From: Mobula birostris
Lineage: Eukaryota
Assembly: GCF_030028105.1 (NCBI RefSeq)
Contig: NC_092377.1
Location: 48,300,952-48,364,951 of the forward strand
Reading direction: 5' to 3'
Length of the DNA: 64,000 nt
Within the stretch, counting starts at the first letter, position 1; every line of letters begins with the position of its first letter. The notes under the pieces were generated by a model. It had not been told where the DNA came from, did no database searches, and saw nothing but the letters and a program-made list of their open reading frames with translations. This document shows, one piece after another, positions 12,291 through 25,125 of the stretch. Position numbers and translations under genes: made by a program.

Positions 12291-15200
12291 TGAGTTCTTC
12301 CAGGAGTGTATATTTTGATGTGTTAATATTATATATTACTGCCTAGAAATTCATCTGAATTTAAAAGAAATAGTTTTACAAGCAAAATAAAATGCATAGC
12401 CTCTACACCACATCTCAATTTATCCTTCAAACCTATGATGGGTTTCTGGGCATTAATATCAGCGAACATTTAAACATTCTTGTTTATTAATTGGTGATAA
12501 AGGCAAACTACGTGATATTGGACGCTGCAAGCAATACATTTCTAGGAAGCCAGCAAATTTATGGGATTTATTACTCCAGAAGCAAATTTCTCTTTATCAG
12601 TGCACTAATCTAAGTCTGGCATTACATCAATGTAATGTAATAGCAAGATCTCAATAATAAATAAGTACACCAAATTGTTAAACTACCTGGTTTGAAGTGT
12701 TATATTTTTTAATTATTAAAAAAAAATCTATTTTTATGCAATGTGCTATGTAGAATGGTGATCATATCATGCAAAGTGCAGTATCTGGAGAATTACTTTT
12801 GGTCATGGATGTAAATTTACACCATCGTATCCCATTTCTACATTACAGGGCACACAATTACCCACAAAGATAAAATCATTTTAATTCTGGGAACAGGGGT
12901 AAAAGGTGCAAAAAATGGACCAGTCAGAAATATTTCAAATGCCTTCTGGAAACTACTGAATACGACTAAGTCTGACATCTATCCATTATTCTATACCTGT
13001 TCCAGAATTCATTGCTAAGATTCAACCCATTTGAAATGAAGGCCTCCGGGTTTTTGTCTGGCTACCATTCAACTGTGTGGAAGTTTACATTGACATCAAT
13101 CTACAGACAGGACGTTGTCTTACATCTTCAAGGCTATTAACTATCCAATTATTGGGGGCAAACTGTGGCTGAACTAAGAAGCTAAACTAAATTCTAAACA
13201 GCAAATGTTCTTGTAGAAGGAAGACATTCCAAATTTGTTTAGATTTAATAGGAAAATATGAATAAAATAAAGTATATTTTAAACACAACTTTGCCTTATA
13301 TTGAATCTTGTTTACTACTCTTTTTAATTATTGTCAGAGTTTTACTACTATAAGTAGTTACTATTCAGTGATAAGTGCTTGGCGTATTAAGGTGATAAAA
13401 ATTGTAAGTATTCCTTTGAAACTTAAGGCACATTTTCTTGCAATTATTAAAGGACAAAATGCTATTAAAAGCCTCCATAAATAGATCTTACTCACATATT
13501 TCAACCTAAAAACTTACTTCCAATAAAATAAATGACTTCAGGCACATTTAAAGGATCTTAAACCATGCTATCAGATGGCAGTTTTATATTAACAATATGC
13601 CATTGCTGGTAGGCCTGTGTGCCTGTCACCACTGATGGTGCATCAGAATATAAATGAACTTTGAATGTCACACTTCTATAGGTCTCAAGTGTGCCTATCG
13701 GAAGGATAGAAAACAAACATATGTTCTTTTTGCCCTCTAAGCAGTGCATTCCCAGCAAAGTTAGAAGGCCAATGATTAGAATCTACTGATCTTCACAACA
13801 GCAGTATTCTTTTGAACTACCTTATTTTTTTCCAATTGATAAAGTATTGCTTAAAAGATTAGCTAGTAACACAGAGCAACTTCCAATTTTCATCCATCTA
13901 TTAAAATCATTTCCAGTGTTGACTAGTTTTGATAGTGAAAAAAAAATTGCAAAATGCATTGTTGTCTCTAACTTGTGGATAAAACTTCCCAGGAGCAGAT
14001 TAAAAAATAGTTCATGCAAAGTTTTAATTCTCTTTGGGCTGAATCATCCTCATGTGTGAAGAACAGCTAATGGTGGAACTATTTCATTAGTGAGAATGGG
14101 AAGTGATCAAGAATTTCATCCATTTCAATTATGGAATACCTCAGGAATTTTTATCTGTCCATTGTTCAAATGTATGCAAGTTTACCTTGGCGTCAATCTA
14201 AAGGCAGGACTTTATTATACACCTTCAAAGTTGAAGGCTAAAAACTTACCCAACTTAAAAGAACAAACTTAAACTGGACTAATGATTCAATTCAGCTTCT
14301 ATTTGCTCCTATAGAAAGAGATAATAAGGCAGTGCAAGATTTCGCTGGTGCTTAAGCTAGCAAACCCAGAGCAATAGGGAATATTTGGTTAACAATACTG
14401 CAGATATGTATTACTGCAAGGATGGCAATATGTAAAATTTTCATATTTAAATATGAACATCTGGTCTTTTGTTTTTTGTTGATACTTCAAAATCAAAGAG
14501 ATGGAAAGCAAAGCTCACAGTCAAGGAAGGTGCAGTAAAGAACTCCATTTGCCATGGAGTCCTTCCACACTACGATCATAACTTCTTTCAAAAACTAAAT
14601 TCAGTGCAATAACTCTATGACCTTGATTACTCATTTTCTCCAAATAGGCTTTAAAACCTTTCATGAAATGTCTACAGTGAATGAGAATTATTGGGAGCTT
14701 TGTAAGTGCTCATTAATGAATGAAACAATTCAATAATACTTGCCTATTATCTATAAAATATTCTTAAAATTAAATATGGAGCCTCACATCAGATGAACTA
14801 ATCTTCAATGTACTTGTGATTTTGTTAGTTATTTGATGAGAAGAAACTCTGCAGAACTGTGCGACTTGTTGAGTGCGTGATCACTGACAAGTACTGAAAG
14901 CAATTCCTAACTCTGAAAGAGGGGGAACATATCAAATCATTCAAATTATCAAAGTAGTAAAACTGTCTTAGACTATTTTGCTGATAATTACAAAGTAAAA
15001 ACTCAATTTTAAGTATTAGAATAAATTTAGTAACTATTTTGATGTTGAGCTGGAGGAAGAACGAATAGTTCAAATTAGGAAAGTAAAAATATAAATTGGG
15101 GTTAAAGACACTGGAAGCAGAGAAAGGGTGCAGCTGTGCAGACAGACTTCATATTCTCATTTGAATAATGTGGCCTGAATCTGTCAGTTTATTCACCATC

Positions 15201-15318
15201 CTTATGCTCAGTGTATACTACATTAAAATCAAATTAAATAGTAAATAGAAGACTATCATTGCCATTGTTTTGCTGTTGTAATAGCCATTGCAGAGCAAAA
15301 TATTCTCCTCACACCTAC

Positions 15319-15426
15319 CTTCACATCAGAGAAGAACATCTTCAGCATATTTGAACTGGGGTACCGGGTGTAGAAGAACATCAGCTTTGCCTTTTTCAGG
15401 TGATTGGGTGACAGTCCCTCCTGTAT
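15319..15426 (-). CDS. PROX1: PROX1 coding exon (exon 3; 108 nt, phase 0/0): N-terminal part of the atypical homeodomain
   Basis: Manual translation gives [36 protein letters not shown]. It is preceded by an AC acceptor (gcac|ATA) and followed by donor AAG|gtaggt, and joins in frame to both neighbouring exons. Confidence 0.96.
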
Positions 15427-18099
15427 GTGCGATGCTAAGTGTCAAGGAAAATATACAGAACATTTATAGGAAAAAAAACTGTACCGCACAAGTCTTCTGA
15501 GCGATGTTACAGTGAAAAGCCAAAATGAATGAATAAATTGAAAACTACCAATAGTTTAACAATCACATAATATTGACTTTTTCAATGTTAACCAAGAGCA
15601 TACAATTTAATTCTTTCAAGGTGCAGTCCTCCCACCCCCAGACATTAGCTTGGACAGAACAGAAATACTGCACTGCCTATAGATTAATAATGGATACAAC
15701 AGCATTTACAAACACAAGTCTTACAGCATTGTTACTCTACTGATATAGCTACAGTATTCATTAATTCCAAGAAATAAAACAACTATTATATTGTGCCAGA
15801 ATAATTCACAACTGGCATTAAAATTTAACAAGTTAGCTAGAGATGCAAAAGAAATTCGCAAAACAAAAAGGGTATTATTATAAAGTTAAAAATTAAACAT
15901 CTTTACTCAGAGCAGAGAACACAGTATGCCTAGAAACCTTACACAGAGGTTACCGGGTAGATCTAGAGATATCTGACCTATGCAAGGGTACTGAACCAAG
16001 ATGTACGAAAGGTTAGTTTTCTGACAGTCAAAAGGCCCCCAGGGGCCAGCTGATCAATATTTTTTTTCTTACATTGATAAAGAAACCTATTTATCTGCAA
16101 ATATTATTATCCTTCAGCTCAGAAGACAGAAGCTTCCTAAAATAGTTCCCAGGAGAAAGTTTAATGCAACGCTAATCGTAACAATCTAGCAATTCTGCTT
16201 TTCAAACAGCATCCTTGGCACTCTTTTGTGCTTTGTGCATTAGAAGGGTTTTGGCACATCTGTGCTGCAGTTCGCCCACCATTTCCTCCACAAATTAATG
16301 GCTTTATAATTTATCAGAAATGAAGATGCATGTGGAGAAAATCAATGTGGGCCCTGGAAGGTCAATTAAGGGGTGCCTTCCAGAAGTTATTTCAAAGGGC
16401 ATTCTATTGAAGATTACATTTAAGAGCAAAAATGCTGCAACTTCCATGACTACACAAGTGATTTTGAAGAGATCTACACATTTATTACAGAGGTGAAATC
16501 ATTGTAAGAAGAGATCAGGTCAGAGTGAACAAACTCTTAAGCAACTGGATCATGCCGATACTTTGTATTTCAAAAGCTTAATGATGGCTGAGATGATAAC
16601 TCATGATTGACATGCTTCTTGTACCTTGGGAAGAGTTGAAAAACCTTATGTGACCTCCATTAGACTGATAGGGAAGACTAAAAGAGCATTACACTCTCCA
16701 CTGCCATCTGTCATAATGCATAAGTGAAATAACGACGGCAAATGAAAGGAAGTATGGCAAGCTGTTCCACAGTGGTACTTGGGGTGCTGAGAACTAAAAG
16801 AATCAATGGCTGTCTGCGTTGAAGGAAATAATGTAATGACGAGAAACAGACAGAACCTTCAAAATGCTTGAAAGATGTGAACTAAATTCTGCAAGGTAGA
16901 CATTGCCATATGGAAAACTGCTGAATTGCAAGGACTCTTTTGAGCTATATCCCAATTTAAATTTCTATTCAGGAATGCATTCTTTTAGAATATTTGTTAG
17001 TTTCAGTTCAACTACATAAATTTAAAAACCAACTGGTGATTTCCGTTGTGTTCAATCCCGAGGTCTGAAGGAGGCCCACTGAGAAATGGAGATTAGGGTT
17101 GCATGAATTGCCAATATTATCATATTAATAGTGGAATCCTAAACAATTGATATACATTATAAGTTTTACTTCAAGCATTGAGAATCAGCGTGAATGTGAT
17201 TTCAGCACTGTTGTGCTAGTTATAAATAGAATATGAAAGATAGCACCATCACTGGATATTTTCAAATTTTACATTTTAAAAATAAATTAAGAAATCAAAC
17301 AGAGCACACAATCTGCCTTTAATGAATATTTAGCATGGACTTAACTTGATAAAGTAATAATGGTTTATATAGAGCCCACTTAGTTAAAGCATACAAATAA
17401 CTTAACTGTAATTTGTCACTCTCATTTTGGTATGGAAGAATGAGACTACTCTAGTCACAGAATCTTCAACCTCACTTTCAATTATATTCTCATTCAGCTC
17501 TCTATATTGCAGGCGCAGGCCTTCATTTGATGTCATTTTTTTTAAACTGGTAAACTTTGCTACCTAGTATTTCTTGTTACATTAATTTCCAGATAAAGTA
17601 CAATGGATCCGAAAAATTGCTAAACAAAATATACTGGTATAAGTTAATCATTAACGCCAAAATTATTACTACAGATTTGCCACAAGGCTAAAATCCCATA
17701 AGATCATGAGTTGAGCAAAGCAATTTAACAGGCTTACATTTGTTATGCCAGTGACACTCTGACTAACATAAGACAATTTTGCATTTAGAAGGATAAAACT
17801 CCTTGAAGATATAATTGTTATAAATATTATATTCTTGCATCTAAATAGTTTTAATTACTCCATTAATGACATGTATAAAAGTTGATAGCTACCCAATTAA
17901 TATAACTACTAAAAAATCTCAGATGAAGTATCAGAAAATCAAAAATAACCACCTAATAAATAATTACAGCCTTCACTCTTCCGAATGGGATTTTACAATT
18001 ATTTAAGTAAAATTTTAAGTGGGTTTTCACCTGCCAAATTGAAATTCAATTGGAAGGCAGCCTGCAAATATTGGAGCATCTTTCAATTTTTTTTTAAAT

Positions 18100-19160
18100 G
18101 AAGAGTTTTCATCAAGGAAGTGTTTACAAAATATGGTTTAACTTTATAAAACATTGATTAGGCTGGACTAATGTGTGCCGATCTTGTCAGCACACTATGG
18201 AAAGAATGTGCTTGCTTTGGAGAGGTGCTCAGGAGATTACAAGAGCATATAATTTTTGTACGAAAATCCCCTTACTTAAGAAGTGGGAGCAGGAGTAGGC
18301 CATCTGGCCCATCAAGCCTGTTCCACCATTCAGTAAGATCATGGCTGATCTGACCATGGACTCATCTCCACCTACCTGCCTTTACCCCATAACCCTTAAT
18401 TCCCCTACTACGCAAAAATCTATCTAACCTTCTCTTAAATATATTTACTGAGGAAGCCTCTACTGCTTCATTGGGCAGAGAAGTCCACAGATTCACCACC
18501 CTCTGGGAAAAGTAGTTCCTCCTCATCTCAGTCCTAAGTTTAGTCCCATGAATCTTGAGGTTATGTCCCTAGTTTTAGTCTCACCTACCAGCGGAAACAA
18601 CTTTCCTGCCTCTACCTTACCTATCCAATTCATAAGTTTCTATGAGATCTCCACTTATCCTTCTGAATTCCAGCGAATACAGTCCTAGCAACTCAATTTC
18701 TCCTCATAGCCTAACCCCCTCATTTCTAGATATTCATCAGGAAGTTGCCAGGATGGTACTTTTTAGTTATTAGTAAAAATTCCCAGAGGTTGTGCTGGTT
18801 TTCTTTGGAGAAGTAGTTCTAATGACTTAAAAATTAAGTGTGGCATTGATAGGATAGAGTGTAATAAATTTTTCCCAAAATGCTAAAGGACAAAAGTTTA
18901 AGATGAGGCACAAGAAGCTAAGAGGGGATCTGAGCAAGAATTTTATCCACCTAGGTGTTTGGAATCTGGAACCTACTGCTTTAGAGAATGAAGGAGGCAG
19001 ACATTCACATAACATTTATAACGTATGTAGACAAGCACCTAATCACCAAGGCATGGAAGGCTATGGGCAAGTGCAAGTAAATGAGATTAGTTTAACGGGT
19101 ACTCAGTCATGTAGACATGGTGAGATGAAGAGCCTGCTTCTCTGCTAAATGACTATGACT
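18100..19160 (+). mobile_element. Old CR1 3' fragment interrupted by a younger antisense CR1 insertion
   Basis: ctttataaaacattgattagg...ctttggagaggtgctcaggagat (18140-18238) resumes at ~18730, continuing through LRGDL-like and KLRGDLSKNFIH..VWN segments to a tail atgactatgact. Confidence 0.65.
18278..18729 (-). mobile_element. CR1 3'-terminal fragment (nested)
   Basis: Begins on the plus strand with the reversed 3' tip aagaagtgggagcaggagtaggccatctggcccatc and includes ttccacagattcaccaccctctgg-like sequence (reverse of QRVVNLW). Confidence 0.8.
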
Positions 19161-22100
19161 GGTTCAGGCATTTTAATACCTTATTTCTATATTAATTATC
19201 ATCATGAAAGTTACTTAAACAATTATTTAAGTAGTTCAACATAAATCATTAAAAAAAGTTCTCACAAAAATATTATCATTCAGTAGCATGCTTTCAGATT
19301 TGACCTTGCTTTTACTTCCTAAAAACATTAGATTACCACAAAATTTTCCAGGTGTATATAACTTTACTCTAATTTGCTCTTGGGATGCAGTGATACAGTA
19401 TTTATTGCTCATCCTTAGTTACTCAGAAAGCATGCTTTATTAGATTTAAACCTTTTTAAATATTGAGATGAAGAAATATTCATTAATAAGTAGTGAGATG
19501 CAAATAATCCATATATTTAGTTACTAATCTGTTATTGACTAAATAAACTTAATATGAAAATTATTTTTTTGATTAGCGAAAGGACATAATAACCAACTTG
19601 ATAGGCAGATTGCATTCCAGAAATGTGCTCTATGGATTTGTATACAAATGATAATGTAATTCCAAGCATAATTTGCAACAAAGCAATGTCAAGTAATGTT
19701 GTTATTCATTGAGCTAAAATTGGCTTTAACTCATTGCTTGATGCATATATTATGGAAAACTTTAAATTACACAGTGGTTCTAAATGATATTTTGGTAAGA
19801 AGATTGGTTCTACTGTAGTAAATTTTACTCTTAAATATGTTTAGTTAATCTACATCAGTTTATGAACACATAAGGAATTCCCATATTGGTTGAGAACAAG
19901 AAGGAATCAAGTAACTCCATTCTCTTTACTACCATGTTCTGAACTCAACTGAAGATTATTGCAAAGGTGATCGAGAACAAAGAGAGCACAAGTATAGGTA
20001 AAGGAAGTTGTTCCAAATATTTTTCTGAAAATCTTTTGATTTAACATCTTACATTCTTACTTGGATAAGAAACAATACTGCAGATTACTCCCACCCATCA
20101 CTGACTGGGAAAAGTATAGAGGAGTAATATGGTTGCAGATATGCAGATAACATCTCACCAAACACCTCCTCCACCACATTATCTTTACTTATCTTCACTC
20201 AGGCAGGGGAATTCTATGATGACAGCCATAATTCCATTAACAACACCTGCAAAAAGTTAACTGTGACAACAGAAAAGTATGGGGAGTCATGGACTTGCAA
20301 CAAGAGTCTGAGGTAAACAAAAAAAGATACTTCTGTGGAATACTTTGAAAAAAGGTGGAAAAAATATGTTCATACAAACCCCAGTAGGAATTTGAACCAA
20401 CCTGCCCTAACTTTGGCTTGCTTCTCCAGCCCCCAAGAAATCCTAAAGCGGAGATCGTTCCATCCAACAGCATGTTTGCTCCCATTTACCAGTTCTGATC
20501 TCATACTCGTCAAACACCCAGGTTTTAAATTAATCATATATGTGTTACTTTTATTAGTTTATCTATACACCAGCACTTCATATTTCTAACTATGCTAAAT
20601 ACCTGCACAACTCTGAGAAAGATATACATTGCATTCTTGCGCTTAAGAATGCTTACATTCTTAATAGGAACTAAACCAGTGAACTGTGTTTCTGCAATAG
20701 AAAATGCTCTTTAGAGAGGACCCATTCTTCTCTACTGCCCAGTGGGGTGGAGGCTGGCTCATGGCAATGGAAGTATATTTCAGCAGGAAATTAGCCATTC
20801 ATAGAAATATTGCCTTATTTGCATTTATACAAAATAACTGAACGTGATTTAAGGTTTTATTGGAGATTATACGAACCCTTATTCTCTTCAATGTATTGCA
20901 CATTTATAGCAATAATGAAAGCTGACAAAGCAAAGTAACTCATTTTAAGAAGTTTGTCGTGGTTCAATTTTTTGTGGGTGATTTGTTGGAACAGCTGATA
21001 TGTTTCCTTTGTTCTTTAGGAGTTCTACAGCAAAGGCATATCTGCAGTATTATACTTTTGAAGAATAGTTTTAAATAAAACAATCAAGTTAAATGTTTAT
21101 TTAAATATTATCTATCAAATAAAACTCATTCATTTATATAAGTTGTTCCAGATTCCAGCATCTGCAGTCTCCTTTGCCTATATTTATATTTGACAAAGTT
21201 GGAAAGATTCAAAATTAATTTGATCCTTTAAGTTTTCCCCTTAACTACTTCAAGGTGTCACCATGTCAATTTTTATTGTAAGAAAAAGTTATTCTCACTC
21301 TTTAAAAGTCACATGATCTTAATGGGAATATTTTTTTAATTGACTCCAGGAGTTAAAGAAAGTTGGAAAATATAATTTTGGGAATTCCAAAAAAAATTGC
21401 ATATTTAGCATTTCTGAACAGACCCCTTACAACTTCTTTCAGAGCCATTCAGAAAAGAAGTGCACCTTTGCCTCACACCAACATCAACATACTAAACAGA
21501 TCCACTGTAAGGCATTTCATGATGCTTAAAGGATTATAATTTTATTGTTGGACCTCCTTTTTCAAAATAAAATCAAAACAGCAGCATCATTTAAAAGAAA
21601 ATGTTAACATCTCTTGAGCTTTTATATTTATGTGTCCAAATTGTTCAGAGGTCATTCTGTGTGGAGAGCTCTGCTTGCTGAAATGTTAAAGAGCGAGCAC
21701 AGTTCAGCTTAAACCCACATTTCTTGGGAGTACCGACCCTTGATGGATATACACAATCACTATGTGGTGCAAAGCCATTTAGCAATCACTTAAAATTTTA
21801 CGCTTTAAAATGTAGACCAATTTGAGGAAGGAGGCAGTAACTTTTTTCAACCTTGTACTAATAAATCACATAACTCTAATTATAACCATTAATAACTGGC
21901 TTATACCATACTTTTAATATTGTCATAAAATTGTTTTCAAAAATACATACTTTAATGAAATCTGCCGTTGAGGTAAATTGTTCATTTCTATCTTGTTTCA
22001 TTTGAGGTATACTTTGACTTCTTCTTAAGAGAAAAATAGATTATACTATCATTTACGTCTTATACTCTACAGAATATCACAACAGAAATGTACATAAAGA

Positions 22101-25100
22101 CTTTGCACCACAATATAAAGCATTAACACCAACATTAAAGAGCAGCATCAATGTAGGACCCCCAGAATATTTTTCAAAATCTATTTCTTTGCAAATCTTA
22201 CTTTCATAAGTAATGCCTAAAGGATCCCCAATAACTGAGTTAGCAATCGCTCTCAGGTGTCATATCGAGCCATCCAACTATACTCCAAATTTCATCCTTA
22301 CCTTCCGAAATTATTCACATTTAGTTACGTTGGCAGTGGAGATAATATCAAGGATAAAAACAAATCAAAACATATTTCCTGCCCAAAACTTGCAGACAGG
22401 ATAGGGTTCTGCAGAGGTCATGGAGTTACACGCCTGTGCAAGCCACTCAAACTTATTCAAGAAGAATGGACTTTTCCTATAACACTGTCAGCATTTGTGA
22501 AGTACCCCAGAATGAATCGTTATATTTAGAAGAGGATGGAGTAAGCAAGAAAAATAAAATGGTAAATGGTACAGAATAAAGAGAGAGAAGGCATAACTGC
22601 CAGTGATCAGCTGTTTAGGTTTAACTTGCTTTGTTGTTTAAAGGTTTGAGAATCTACAGAGCAGATTTTTTGAAATGCTTAAAAAGACAGATTTATAAAA
22701 CAAAAGCAAACTTAAAGGATCAAATTTTAAATGCTACTACATATCTATACAATTACAATGCTAAAAGCAAACTGAAAATTTTAAACACAGTATCTTTTAT
22801 AAAAGTTCTTAATAAAAACTTATTAATAAACACATTATATTAACGAGGACCTTATTTTTAAACAATGTTAGGTAACTGTTACCTTGCACAACTTATTTTG
22901 AACATCAACTAGAAAAAGCAGCTGAAATTCATGGTACACCAAATAATGTAAAGCAGAACTGACCATTTTCCCTTTTAAGTGCTTACGCTAAAAGCGACTG
23001 TTCTCCCAAGAAAGCTCTAGCTGTTTCTAGGATACTTACACATGCACAATGACTCATGTTGGAATAGATTTTGTAAACATACAGCTGCACAGAATGTGAG
23101 CACAGCCCATTCAAGGCCAGAAGAAATGAGCACAAATAAATATTAAGAAGGTAAGAAAACGTACAGCTCTGTCCCGGTAGCTCATGTGGCTCACCTCATT
23201 CTTTTAGCTTCAGCTTTGTTAAGACAGATGACATTCAATTCTACATGTCATGCAAAATAGACAATAACTGCTGAAACTTGAGCCAGCTGCCAGGTGTAAA
23301 AGAAAAAGAAAAGATGATAAATCCATAAATTAATGAAAGACATCTGCTCAGGAAAATAAAAGATCAGAGAAATACTGCACTGCAGCTGAACCTAAAGCAG
23401 TATTCAACCACCACACGAGTTTGTGTGTAGTCTGCATAGAGTTTTTACAAGGCAAATATGTAGAATTACCTGAGAGACAGATGAGTTATGTCAGTGTGGT
23501 ACAACATAAAATTGCACAATTGGATCAAAGCCTGCAGCAGTGTAACTGAAACATTAATTACTATTGCCAATTCAGCTTGAGAAGACTTTCTAAAATTATG
23601 CTTTAATCATACAATCATTTAAAAATCATAATCAAAGCAACATTTGCTCTAAAGTATCACTATATCTACTGTTATTCTTGCAACCAAAAAAAATTACAAA
23701 ATTTGGGATTGCGGTGGGTAATTGCAGAATTTGAAGAATTTCTAAATCCTTGTTTGCTCTGATTATAGTCTTTTACATTATTTCATGCCACATGTAATGT
23801 AGTCTTAGTTACCAGATTACTCCCAGTTAAATAAATTAACACTGGACAGCTTTTGAACCTGCAGCTTTAGAACCATCTATTATGTTTTAGTTTACATGCC
23901 ATCTTATTTTCTGTTCAACTCCTGGAGACCAACTGTACACGTTAGCCTCGCGCAAGGCTGTAGATCTGCTCCATATTGCTGTATGCAAATAATTTTCACA
24001 TTCTACGAGGCTATTTTCTTGAGATGCAAAGGAAGTTTGTGACATGGAGGATCAAGGGTGGAATCTTGAGAACAGCCATTCAGCTGTTTCCTTTATCATT
24101 AAGGGGTTGGGATTGGAACTTGCTAACCATATTACAAAACTGAAGTTATTGAGATACAACTGAACACAGTTGCACACAGTGTATCTTTAATACAGTCATT
24201 TTTCAATAAGTACAAAATAGTACATATAATAAGTGCTTTTCTTCTTTGAAGATATTAAATTATTACTATGGGAAAGAAATAAGGCCCAACATCTTCCATA
24301 TTAATTACACCAAATATATCAAAATTCTTGTGACATATTCATTTCTAAAATTTGCGAATAGGGTACATCACAGTAAAGGCCTTGCGATATGAATTTTAAA
24401 TGCAGGTGCTAATGTAAAGTAATAAACTCATAACTGCAATTTTAAAAGTGCTTTTTCGTTACCTGTGAAATATGTAGCTGGTCATTAAAATCACAAAATA
24501 CCACAGAGTGCTGCTAAGCAACAATAAATGGTGCCGTATGTTACTGACTACTGTCAACAAATCTTTCAAGAATAAAAATAGAAGCTCTATTACTTCGACA
24601 AAGTGATAGGATAAAACAAAAGGAAAAACTGTACAGAGAAGTGGCTCTCTGAAAGAAGACAATTTGCAACTGATACACCAATTTGATAGTTCATAAAAAT
24701 ATATTTGAAAACTGTATCTGTTTACCTAAAATATGGAAAAAGTACAGTAAATCTTGTGAAAGAAGTTTGGTTCTGCTGAGCCCACTCTGATTGTGCTCAC
24801 AAGCTTTTAAAATCATTTGCTTTGTATATACAAGGACAAAAGATTTCTGTGTACAGCTGAACAGAGGTTAATCATGCATAGCAGACAGCTGCACTGAACT
24901 TGCAGAACATTAGAGCGTGGGGGTGACACACTTGTTGCATCTTCAGTGTCTGGGCTATCCAAAAAACAGGTAATGATAGTAAATAAAATTAATACCCATA
25001 CCCTTTAAAGTTCAACTCAAAATTCTAATGATATCAAAATTGGATGAAACATGGATGAAACCTCAGAATTCTCGCTAGTTGCACATATTTGTTTTAGACC

Positions 25101-25125
25101 TTAAAGAATAATCAGAAAAGGATAT

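Larger units (their letters stand above)
15427..25125 (-). other. PROX1: U12-type (minor spliceosome) AT-AC intron of PROX1, 9699 nt
   Basis: 5' splice site |ATATCCTTTT (starting at 25125), branch site TTCCTTGAC (15449-15441) and terminal AC (15428-15427). All three match the U12 consensus. Confidence 0.93.

Noticed and set aside
25085-25125. Drosophila-style twintron (nested U2 intron)
   Set aside because: The nearest GT (AAG|GTCTAA, 26 nt into the intron) is weak and gives no in-frame product with either AG near the acceptor.
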